From positions 6,400,001-6,464,000 of the forward strand of contig OY762007.1 of assembly GCA_963665115.1 (NCBI GenBank): a stretch of DNA of 64,000 bases. The letters run 5' to 3'. The notes beneath the pieces are model-generated. The model was not told the DNA's origin. It saw only the letters and a program-made list of their open reading frames with translations, and did not search any database. Positions 45,656 to 57,005 of the stretch are shown here, piece by piece. How positions within the stretch are numbered: the first letter of the stretch is position 1; the number at the start of each line of letters is the position of its first letter. A program made the translations under genes and the position numbers. The stretch comes from an uncultured Rivularia sp. Lineage in GTDB: Bacteria; Cyanobacteriota; Cyanobacteriia; Cyanobacteriales; Nostocaceae.

Positions 45656-45832
45656 TTACTTTTTCTTAGTGGCGATCGCTAACTTCGCACCCTCTACCTG
45701 TCGCACTTTATCCATAACCGCGACAATTTTTCCATGATTCACCGCTTCATCAGCATTCAACACCACCATTAAAGGCTGTTCGGGTTTGACTTTTTCTTTC
45801 ACCCCTGCTTCTAATTTATCTAAAGTAATCTT
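45656..45832 (-). pseudogene. exbD: 3' remnant of ExbD/TolR-family biopolymer transport protein
   Basis: KITLDKLEAGVKEKVKPEQPLMVVLNADEAVNHGKIVAVMDKVRQVEGAKLAIATKKK matches the ExbD periplasmic C-terminus. The N-terminal TM segment is absent; the upstream part of ORF 45656..45991 is just the antisense of the dGTPase. Confidence 0.82.
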
Positions 45833-47094
45833 AAAGATTACAATCCTTCTGATTTTGGGGATATTGTCTCTGCTGCAAGTCTCGCTCATGATATCGGTAA
45901 TCCTCCTTTTGGTCATTCTGGGGAAGATGCGATTCAAAGCGGCTTTAAAAATTGGTTTGCAACTGCACAAATATCTCTCGACAAAATTCAAGAAACTGAC
46001 TTTAATTTATTTGAAGGTAACGCTCAAGGATTCCGGATTATCAGCAATCTGGAAATGCAGCCGAAAAAAGGGGGAATGCAACTTACCTGTCCGACAATAG
46101 CCGCTTTCGCTAAGTATCCCAGAGAATCCTATATTCCCGAACATATATTTAATAATTATCACGGTAAAAGTGTTGCTAAATATAATTTTTTTCAAGCAGA
46201 AAAAGAATTATTCACTGAAGTTGCCCAAACAGTAGGATTAATTCGCCGCAGCGATCGAGTTGCATGGTGGGCAAGGCATCCATTAGCCTTTTTGATGGAA
46301 GCTGCTGACGATATCTGCTATCTAATTGTAGATGTAGAAGATGGCTTCCGCATGAGATATATTCCTTTTACAAATGCCAAACAATTACTCAACGCCATTG
46401 CTCAACGTTCGGAATCTGACATCAAAGCACAAACAAACACTGAAGAAGAACAAATTAAATATTTAGGGCTTGCTGAATAAAACTATTACCTTTACCACAT
46501 AAGGGTTTTAAGGTTTTTTCTCTGTTTCAAGTGCAAGCTTATGATGCCTACTGGGTTAAAATCTTTGCACTTTTAGTCAACTTGCTCAGAAATACAATCT
46601 TGTTTTTCCCCCTGCTCCCTGCCCTTGTCAAAGAAAACTTTTTCAGCAAACCCTATTTACGCGCTCATGCTATTAGCAAACTTGTAAAAGATGTTGCCGA
46701 TATTTTTCTATTAAAAGAGCCAGAAATGCTAAGGGGTGAATTTGACACCGAATTGTTAGCTTTGAGTCAATATGCTTCCGTACTTGAAGATATACGTTGC
46801 GAAACTAAAATCAAAGTAATAAACCATCCAGATGTTGTTAGTACCCGTATCGCCGGACATGAAATATTAGTACAATTGTTTAACCAATTTGCTAACGCTG
46901 TTTTATCAAAAGGAGACAAAGCCGAATTTCTCAAGCAAATGATACCTCAGCAATATCTTTTTGGCGATAGAGGCAGCATAGCTGAACGCGCTGATTCATA
47001 TGACAAAATTCTGCAAGTCACCGATTTTATCTCCGGCATGACTGATTCCTACGCTACTAACTTGTTTAAGAAGCTCAAAGGAATCTCTTTATAA
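45830..47094 (+). pseudogene. dgt: dGTP triphosphohydrolase (HD family), 5'-truncated and interrupted by a MITE
   Basis: Frame from 45830 reads LKDYNPSDFGDIVSAASLAHDIGNPPFGHSGEDAIQ...FEGNAQGFRI...KYP...RHPLAFLMEAADDICY. Removing the MITE restores QIKYLRAHAISKL; C-terminus DFISGMTDSYA. An in-frame TAA at 45821 and no start codon show the N-terminus is missing. Confidence 0.9.
46466..46653. mobile_element. 188-bp MITE with 6-bp target-site duplication, inserted in dgt
   Basis: Ends GGGCTTGCTGAATAA and reverse-complement GGGTTTGCTGAAAAA (13/15 match). TATTTA is duplicated at 46460-46465 and 46654-46659. Precise removal restores the reading frame. Confidence 0.92.
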
Positions 47095-47115
47095 TTCATC
47101 AGAATTAGGTATAGC

Positions 47116-47148
47116 AGAAACCCGGCTTTTTGAAAAAGCCGGGTTTCT
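47116..47148. terminator. Perfect hairpin between convergent genes; likely bidirectional terminator
   Basis: AGAAACCCGGCTTTTT-G-AAAAAGCCGGGTTTCT followed by TTTT, between the dgt stop (47094) and the RTX gene stop (47181). Confidence 0.75.
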
Positions 47149-47180
47149 TTTAATTGCTCAAATTTAATTCTTCTGTCGTT

Positions 47181-50100
47181 TTAAACAGAAGTAAAATCGG
47201 TTTGGTCAATCAAGCTGCTACCAATACCAATCAAAGTAGCTAGAGTTTGAGTACCTTGGAGAATATTGGTATTGTTTCCACTTGCTTTTATATCTAAATC
47301 ATTGAAAGACAAAGCACCAGATAAACGTAAAGAATCAACACCATCTTCAAAATCGTAGATGGTATCCTTACCTGTAATGGAAGTGAGAACAAAAGTATCG
47401 CTACCACCTTCGCCGTAAAGGCGATCGCTGCCTGCACCACCGTCGATTAAATCATCACCCGAACCAGCTTTGATAAAGTCGCTTCCGCTTCCTCCAATTA
47501 AAGTATCGTTTCCATCTTTTCCGTAAAGGTAACTAGTTCCGGTATAAGCAGAAGCGTCAATCAAATTATTGCTTTCTCCTCCTGTTAGTGCAGCACGTTC
47601 AACATTAACAAGCCTATCTCTACCTAGAGTTCTGTTAGTATTAGCTTCATTGCTTTCAAGGTAATTATCTGAAAGCCTGAAATTAGCATCGGCAGTTTCT
47701 CGAATCGTGTCAATACCTTCTCCACCATCGAGAGTATCATCACCTTCCCCACCGTAAAGGTTATCGTTACCACTACCGCCGATTAAGGTATCGTTACCAG
47801 CTTTCCCGTAAAGGTAAGTATTTCCGGCATAATCAGAAGCGTTAATTGTATTATCGCTACCTCCCCCAGTTAATACAGCACGTTCAATATTTACAAGTCT
47901 ATCTCGACCTAAATTTCTGCCAGTATTAGCTTCATAGCTATCGAGATAATCGTTTGAAAGCCTGAAATTAGCATCGGCAGTTTCTCGAATCGTGTCAATA
48001 CCTTCTCCACCATCTAAAGTATTCTTACCTCCACCACCATAGAGATTATCATTCCCGCTACCGCCAACTAAGCTATCTTCACCTTCACCACCGTAAAGAT
48101 TATCGTTAGCGCTACCGCCAATTAAAGTATCTTCACCGTCACGCCCATAAAGGTAAGTACTACCGCTGAATTGAGATGCATCAATGAAGTTACGATAATT
48201 ACCACCACTAAGAATTACACGTTCGATATTGCTAATGTCATCCTTACCCAATTCTCTTCTACTCTGGAAGTCAGAAATAGTGAGATTATTATCTGTAAGT
48301 AAGAAGTTAGCATTTGCAGTTTCTCTTAGGTAATCAGTTCCACTTCCACCGTCAATCGTATCATTGCCGTTACCACCGCTAAGAGTATCATTACCACTAC
48401 CGCCAACTAAGCTATCATTACCACCTTTCCCTGCAAGATTGACACTATTTGCGGATTCAGAAGCATCAATTTTATTATTGCTTTCCCCACCAGTTAAAGA
48501 TATGCGTTCGATGTTTTGCAGTAAATCTGTATCTAAAACTGTGTCAGTATTCGCTTCATAGCTTTCAAGGGAACCAGTATTGGTAAGTTTAAAGTCAACA
48601 TCGGCTGTTTCTCGTAAAGTGTCAATACCTTCTCCACCATCGATAGTGTCACTTCCGGTGCCACCACTTAAAGTATCGTTACTACTACCACCAAGTAAGC
48701 TATCATTACCGCCTTTTCCTGCCAGATTGACGCTGTTTTCGTATTCAGAAGCATCAATTTTATTATTGCTTTTCCCACCAGTTAACGATATACGTTCGAT
48801 ACTTTTGAGTAAATCCTTATCCAGGATAGTGGTGGTATTAGTTTTGTAGGTTTCAAGGGAACCAGTATTGGTAAGCTTAAAGTCAGCATCTGCGGTTTCT
48901 CGGACTGTATCAATACCTTCTCCGCCGTCAAGGGTATCATAACCCTCACCACCGCTTAGAGTATCATTACCGCTTCCACCTAATAAGTTATCTTTTCCAC
49001 CTTTCCCGGAAAGATTAACATTACCTGCAAAATCTTTTGCGTCAATTGTATTATTGCTTTCCCCACCGCTGATAAATGCTCGCTCAATATTTCTGAATTC
49101 ATCAGTACTTAAAACTTGCTGAGTACTGGCTTCAATACTTTCGAGTCGGTTAGCTTTTAACCTAAAGTCAACATCAGCGGTTTCTTGAATTGTATCGATA
49201 CCTTCTGCACCGTCGATAGTATCATTCCCGATACCACCACTAAGAGTATCATTACCGCGTCCGCCAAATAAAGTATCGTCTCCAGCTTTTCCGGAAAATT
49301 TGACATCACCATCGAAATCTCTGACTTCAAATATATTATTGCTTTGACCACCAGTTAGAGATATTCTTTCAATATTATCAAACTCATCTCTACTGAAATT
49401 TGTATTTGAATAATAAGTTTCAATCCGATTACGTACAACCCTAAAGTCAGCATCAGCGGTTTCTTTAATCGTATCGAAACCTGCTCCACCGTCAATAGTA
49501 TCGTCCCCGATACCACCACTAAAAATATCCTTACCGTAACCGCCAATTAAAGTATCCCTTCCACCTTTGCCTGTAAAATTAACGCTCGTGTAGGCTTGAG
49601 CAGCATCAAACTTGTTATCGCGATCGCCACCTGTTAGAGATATTTTTTCAATATTTATAATTCTATCGGTGCTTAATAGTTGACGAAACCGAGAATCGTA
49701 AAGTTTGAGTTGATAATCGTCATTTGGTGAGGAATAACTTTCAAGTTTGAAATCACCGTCTGCAACTTCTCTCAAAGTATCAATACCATCTCCACCGTCA
49801 ATAGTATCGTCTCCGGTACCACCACTTAAATTATCGTTACCGCTTCCGCCAAGCAAGCTATCATTACCGCCTTTTCCTGAAAGATTAACGTTTCCAGTGA
49901 ACCCTTCAGCGTCAATTCTGTTACCGTTTTCGCCACCAGTTAGTACAGCACGTTCGATACTTGTTAGCCTATCAGTAGTTCTTTGGATAGTTGTTTGAGT
50001 ATACTGGGAAATTTGAAGTTGATTATCGTCTAATTTAAAGTCAACATCAGCAGTTTCTCGCACTGTATCAATACCTTCTCCACCATCAAGGGTATCGTAA

Positions 50101-53100
50101 TCTTCACCACCGCTAAGAGTATCATTACCGCTTCCGCCTAATAAAGTATCTCTTCCACCTTTTCCGGAAAGATTTACGCTGTCTTTGGATAGAGAAGTGT
50201 CAATTTTGTTATTGCTTTCCCCACCAGTCAAAGATATGCGTTCAATATCTTTAAGCAAATCTCTATCTATAAGTCTTGTGCTACCCAATTCATAGCTGAG
50301 AAGATAATTACCACTAAGCCTGAAATCCACATCTGTAGTTTCTCGAATCGTGTCAATACCATCTCCGCCGTCAATGGTATCACTTCCGGTACCACCGCTA
50401 AGAGTATCATTACCGCTTCCGCCTAATAAGGTATCACTTCCACCTTTTCCGGAAAGACTAACATCACCTTCAAAATATTTTGCATCCAGTTTATTATTAC
50501 TTTCTCCACCAGTTAAAGATGCTCGTTCAATATCTTTTAGTGAATCCCTATCTACAATTGAACCGGAGTCTACATCATAAGTGTAAAGGTCGTTATTTTT
50601 CAGCCTAAAATCAACATCCGCAGTTTCTCGTAAAGTATCGATACCTTTTCCGCCGTCAATAGTATCATTTCCAGTACCACCACTTAAGGTATCGTTACCG
50701 CTTCCGCCTAATAAGGTATCCCTTCCACCTTTTCCGGAAAGATTGACATTTCCATCAAATTCTCTTGCTTCAATTCTATTATCGCTTTCCCCGCCCGTTA
50801 AAGATATTTTTTCAATATTTTTAATTTCGTCTTTATCTAGATTTCTTCGGTTATTTGAATCGTAACTTTCGATTCGATTATCTATAACTCTAAAGTCGGA
50901 ATCTGCGGTTTCTCGTAAGGTATCAATACCTTCGCCACCGTCAATCGTGTCGCTGCCTTCACCGCCGTTAATCGTATCGTTACTGCTTCCGCCAATTATA
51001 GTATCGCTTCCACCTTTTCCTGACAAATTAACGCTTATATAAGCTTGAGAAGCGTCTATCTTATTGTTACTTTCACCACCACTTAAAGATATTTTTTCAA
51101 TACTTTGAATGCGATCGATGCTTAGCTGTTTAAGCGTTTGTGAATCATAACTTCTGATTTGATAACTATTATCTCTAGGATTACCTTCTAGTTTAAAATT
51201 AACATCTGCGGCTTCCCTTAAACTATCAACACCATCTCCACCTTCAATAAAATCGCTACCTTCACCACCACTAAAATTATCGTTACCAATTCCGCCAATT
51301 AATGTATCGTCACCAGCTTTTCCGGAAAGATTAACGTCGCCTTTGAAATGTTGAGTATCAAACTGATTATCGCTCTCGCCACCAGTTAAAGCTAATCTTT
51401 CAATATTCTCTAATCTATCACGACCTAATGTTTTCTTTGTATTAGCTTCAAAGCTATAAAGGTTTCCATTATATGGTGTTCTAGAAGAGGAAGTAGAAGA
51501 TGAAAACCTAAAGTCAGCATCTGCGGTTTCTCGTAAAGTGTCTATACCTTCTCCACCGTCAAGGGTATCATCATCTTTACCACCACTTAAAGTATCGTTT
51601 GCACTTCCACCAACTAGCGTATCTCTTCCACCTTCTCCTGAGATATTAACGCTACCGCTAAAATTGGAAGCAATAATCTCGTTATCTCTTCCACCACTAG
51701 TTAAAGATACCCGTTCGATATTTTGGATTTTATTGGTATCTAATCTCCTATTACTATTAGAGTCTTTGGTAATTAGTTGAAAATCTTCAAGTTGAAAATC
51801 AACATTCGCCGTTTCTCGTAAAGTATCAATTCCTTCACCACCATCAATACTGTCACTTCCGGTACCACCACTAAAGGTATCGTTACTGCTCCCGCCAACC
51901 AAAGTATCGTTTCCACCTTTCCCAGAAAGATTTACGCTACCACTAAAGCCTTGGGCATACATTCGGTTACGGCTTTCACCACCAGTTAAAGATGCTTTTT
52001 CAATACTTCTGAGTATGTCAGTATCTAACTGGTTTCCTGTTTCAGTTTCCGAAGTAGTAAGTTTGTCATCTGTAAGCGTAAAGTTGACATCTCCCGTTTC
52101 TCTTAAGGTGTCAATCCCTTCTCTACCGTCAAGAGTATCGTTACCTTCTCCACCACTTAAAGTATCGTTAAAGTAACCGCCAATTAAGTTATCATTTCCC
52201 CCTTTTCCTGAAAGATTTACATTACCGTAAAAATCTATTGCTTCGAGTATATTATTGCTTTCCCCACCAGTTAAAGCTAATCTTTCAATGTTCCCTAATT
52301 GGTCAATATCCCTTTTTGTCGGATTTTCATGATAAGTATGAAGATGTCCCCAGTTTTCTCCTCTCCTGAAAAATCTAAAGTCAGCATCTGCGGATTCTCG
52401 AATTGTATCGATACCTTCTCCACCGTCGATAGTATCATTTCCGGTACCACCGCTGAGATTATCATTACTGCTTCCGCCAATTAAGGTATCGTTACCGTCT
52501 TTTGCTGAAATATTAACGTTACCGCTGAATTCGGAAGCATCTATTTTATTATTGCTTTCACCTGCGGTTAAAACTACTCTTTCAATATTTCTCAGTTCAT
52601 CATTAGCTACGGGATTCCCAGTTTCAACTTCAGTGCTAGTAAGTTGACTATCTGTAAGTTTAAAATCAACATTTGCGCTTTCTATAACTGTATCAATACC
52701 ATTTCCACCGTCAATAGTATCGCTACCTTCACCACCGCTTAAAGTATCGTTTGCACTTCCACTTTTTAAACTATCATTACCCCCAAGCCCTTTAAGATTC
52801 ACATAACCATCGAACTCGGAAGTATCTGAAGTATCTATTGTATTATTACTTTCTCCACCAGTTAATTCAAATTGTTGGATATATCTGAATTTATCAATAG
52901 CTAACTTTTCGCCAGTATTAGAATCGGTAGCTATAAGCTGAGTACCTTTGATTTGAAAACTAACATCCGCAGTTTCTCGTACTATATCAAAACCATATCC
53001 ACCATCAAGAGAATCATTTCCTTCACCACCACTGAGGGTATCGGCTTCGTATCCGCCAATTAAAGTATCGTCACCACCAAGCCCCTTGAGGTTAACGTCA

Positions 53101-56100
53101 GCCCAAACCCTGTCAGCGTTAATGTTATTATTACTTTCGCCACCAGTTACATATATTTTTTCTACATCTTCAAGTCTATCGCTAGCTATTTGCTTTCCTC
53201 CGTCGGCTGTATAACTTTCAAGCCTGCCGTTATATTCTCCCGAAGAAGAATAGGAAGATCGTGAAAACCTAAAGTTAGCATCTGCGGTTTCTCGAACCGT
53301 ATCAATACCTTCTCCACCATCAAGGGTATCATCTCCTTCACCACCACTTAAGATATCATTTCCATCGCCACCTTCAAGGAAATCTTCACCTTCACCACCA
53401 CTGAGCGTATCATTACCGCGTCCCCCAGCTAATGAATCATTACCACCTTTTCCGGAAAGATTTACACTTCCATTAAACTTTTCAACATTAATTTTGTTAT
53501 CGCTTTCACCACCAGTTAAGGATAATCTTTCAATGCCGTACAACCTGTCAGTACCTAATCTTTCTCTTGTATTAGCCGCATAGGCATAAAGGTATGCCGT
53601 ATAACTTCCTGATGTTGACAACCGAAAGTCAGCATCTACGGTTTCTCGAACCGTATCAATTCCTTCTCCACCTTCAATACTATCGCTACCTTCACCACCA
53701 CTGAGAGTATCATTGCCGCGACCGCCAACAAGAGTATCTTGTTCTCCACCACCGGAAAGATAAACATTTCCACTAAATTCTTTAGCGTCAATTCTGTTAC
53801 GGTTGTTACCTCCCCTTAATACAGCACGTTCAATACTTTCTAACTGATTAATCTCAGTGCTTCTACTGCTAGAACTATCAATTCTAAGTTGTCGATCATC
53901 TAATCGGAAATTACCATCCCTAGTTTCTCGAATCGTGTCAATACCTTCTCCACCATCAAGAGTATCGCCACCACCCATTCCGTAAATATTGTCATTCCCT
54001 TCTTTACCTTGAATAGTTTCAGCTTCTGGGGTTCCGTATAATTTATCGTTTTCAGAAGTACCTTCAACATTAGTACCTTGGACATCATTAAGCTTAATTG
54101 CGATTGATGAGAATTTACTCGCATCTTGCCCATCACTAACGCTTACTCCTATCCAAGAATCGCGTATTACTTCATAATTAAGGTCATCGCTATCGTTGAC
54201 AGTAATTTCTCCGGTAGTAGCGTTTATCGCAAAAGGGTTTCTACCGTCGCGATCTAAATCGTGTTTTGAATTGTTATCACTTTTCCAATCTGAGAAATCA
54301 GTAGTTCCTTCTGGATCTGTGGCTGTCAAAGTACCTACAACAGTTCCTTTCTCAGCATTCTCATCAACACTCAAAAGTAATCTATCAATTATAGGAGCAT
54401 CGTTAATAGCAGTTATGCTGATAGTCTTGCTTACTGCTTCACTACTACCACCTTGTCCGTCAGTTACGATAAATTCAAGATTGCGTTCGGTAGTATCGGG
54501 ATTGTCTGAAACGTTTTGATAAGTGATATTCCGTAATAATTCTTGGACTGCGGTAGGAGTAGCGTTTTCATTTAAACTAACGGCTAATTCTTCCGTACCA
54601 GTACCGCCGCTAAAGGTTCCGATTTCAACATCACCATATTTAACTATTGTGTTATCAACGTTGATTTGAGTGGCTTCAGTACCTTGATTGCGGATTGATA
54701 AACGGTCATTTTCAGTACTACCGGATGTGAAGCGAACCGTTAAAGTACCATTGTTAAAGTTGGGTGAGTCGATATCCGTGACGGTTGCTTGAGCGTCGAT
54801 GATTTGGAGAGCGTTTTCGGTGTAGTTGAGGGTGTTATTTGTAATTGCGATTGAGGGGTTTTCGTTAGGATTTATTTGATATCTAGCAATTGCAGAATCA
54901 CCATTCGCTTCTCCTACCACAACTATTCTACCGTCAGATTGTAGCGCGACACTATTTGCTCTATCATCACCACCACCAATATCTGTTAAAGTTATACCGT
55001 TGTCGCCAAAACTATTATCTAAACTTCCATCCGGGTTGTAACGAACTACAGCAAAATCCCAGGTATTTGATGTTTGAGTATAATCGTTAATATTAGCTAC
55101 TCCAACAATGTTTCCATCTGGCTGAATAACAATTTTGCTAATTGAGCTGCCACCAACAACATCGGTAGTAACAATTCCTCCATTTCCAAACTGGGAATCC
55201 ATACTACCGTCATCGTTATAACGTACTAAGGCAAAATCGCTACCAGCACGTCCCTGCTAAAATGACTTTTCCATCAGCTTGAACCGCCATAGTAAAAGCA
55301 TTTTCATACGGGCTATTTTTTATTGAAGTTATAACCTTACCACTATCACCGAAACTGTTATCTAAACTTCCATCGGAATTGTATCGTACCAAAGCAAACT
55401 TAGAACTACTGTTCTCTTGGATATAGCCACCAGCAACAATTTTACCGTCTGGTAAAACAGCAACACTTTTTATAATGTCAAAATCACTGCCAAGCTCGGT
55501 AGTAACTTTACCACCACTACCAAAACTATCATCCAAACTACCGTCAGCGTTGTAACGTACTAAAGCAAAATCTTGACTGGGATCTCCGTTGTTGCTGTAG
55601 TAAGCGCCACCAAGAATTATTTTGCCATCAGGTTGCAAAGCAATACTATTAGCTTTATCCGTCCAAGTACCAACAGCAGTGGTAATTACACCGTTACCGC
55701 CAAAGCTCGTTGTAGGAGTACCATCAGTATTAAACTGAGCTAATAAAAAGTCAACATAGCCACCAGTAGTACTATTTACCGAACCTGCAATTAAAATATT
55801 TCCATTCGGTGAGATAATAAGACTACCTTCGGAACTAAATGTATGCTCAATCTGAGTCATAACCTTACCACCATCGCCAAATGTGGTATCCAAGGTACCG
55901 TCTACGTTATATCTAGTTAAGGTATATTGATTCTCGGAATTACTACCTATATTGACTGAACCTAAAACTACTATTTTCCCATCCGCTTGGATTGCAACAT
56001 CATTAGCTCTATCCCCATCAGTACTCAAAGCAGTAATTACCTTACCACCGTCACCAAATGTAGCATCCAAATCCCCTGGATCGAAAACTCCACTATATTC

Positions 56101-56595
56101 AGCAAGCGTATCTTGCTCAAATACCAAACTAATATCTTTCTCTACCGCAAAATCCTTTCCAACTCTAACCTCTAATTCCCAATTTGCCCCAAGTTCAGCA
56201 TTACCCGTCTTAGTCTTAGAAGCAGCAATATTCGCACCAGTTAAACGATGCAATTTCTCAATAAACTCTTCACCAGCATCTCCAGCAGCAACGTTACAAC
56301 CGTAAAGAAGAAAGTTGTTAGAACACCAATTATCTAACTGTTGCTTGTAATATTCCAGATTTCCCAGACTTAACTCGCTATTACCCAAATAAAGACAGCC
56401 GGGTGAACCATGAGAAACGATATGAACGGTTTCAACTCCACTTCTTTTTGCAAGTACCTCGGTAATTTGTTCTATCCCATCGCGCTTGGAATCAAGGACA
56501 ACTTTTTCAATATCTACTACAACTCCTTCAAGTAGAAAGTCATAGTTATCAACTGAAGAGTCAATGAAAAGAATGTTTGTAGTATTGTTATTCAT
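47181..56595 (-). CDS. Giant secreted Ca-binding surface protein (~3,140 aa): DUF4347 - delta-60 beta-propeller repeats - Ig/cadherin-like domains - ~22 RTX-containing repeats; +1 frameshift at ~55252-55254
   Basis: ORFs 55240..56595 and 47181..55202 join (VILAG-RAGSDFALVRYN) on removing one base of the 3-C run. DUF4347 motifs LFIDSSV, HIVSHGSPG, LLYGCNVAAG; repeats QPDGKI..G / FALVRYNADGSLD.SFG; cadherin VDENAEKGTVVGTLTATDPE; many GGxGxD nonapeptides; T1SS-like tail DTIYDFEDGVD...DFTSV. Confidence 0.9.
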
Positions 56596-57005
56596 GTTTT
56601 GTTCTATTGATTTATTAAAAAAGTTGTACTTGCCTTTTTGTTATTTTCTTTTAACCATCACTGCAAAATTCCAGCCTGAATGCTAATAACTTAGCAATTT
56701 GTATCGCTCAGTTATGAATACAGCAACAATCATTAAATAATCGTCAAAAAAATATTTTTATTATCTATTAACTATTGTCCGGATTAATTATGCTTATTTC
56801 AACGATGAAATTTCTGAACTATTTAAAAAAGAAGCTTGAAGAGGAATCAATTAAATGTAGTTTCATCGGTTTATACTTAGATAATCGCGATTAAAATGCT
56901 GAATGCTAAACATACGCAAATTATAGTTAACTTAAGTATATTCATGCAGCCAAAAATAAAGACGCTGTATTACAACGTCTCTACATCAAAATTACCTATT
57001 ACCTA

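Larger units (their letters stand above)
5385..56985. repeat. GTAG-type REP-like palindrome (T)GTAGAGACG-N10-CGTCTCTAC(A), at least 11 copies
   Basis: Intragenic at ~5385, 7271, 13209, 14992, 15262, 16523, 36120, 39981 (peptides VETLYITSL, CRDVxxxVS); intergenic at ~33691, 45580, 56960. Confidence 0.88.

Noticed and set aside
45786..46195. ORFs 45786..46100 (+, hydrophobic) and 46007..46195 (-)
   Set aside because: They are alternate frames over the dGTPase remnant, whose HD-motif frame explains the sequence.
46531..46653. N-terminal extension of ORF 46531..47094 as a separate gene
   Set aside because: These codons lie inside the MITE; the rest is the dGTPase C-terminus.
47181..54000. Diversity-generating retroelement acting on the variable RTX repeats
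   Set aside because: There is no reverse transcriptase and no TR/VR pair differing only at adenines; the variation includes indels and looks like ordinary repeat divergence.
48364..56305. Plus-strand ORFs with repeated SLPLPP/PFP motifs
   Set aside because: They are antisense translations of the GGxGxD RTX repeats and of the giant protein's N-terminal domains.
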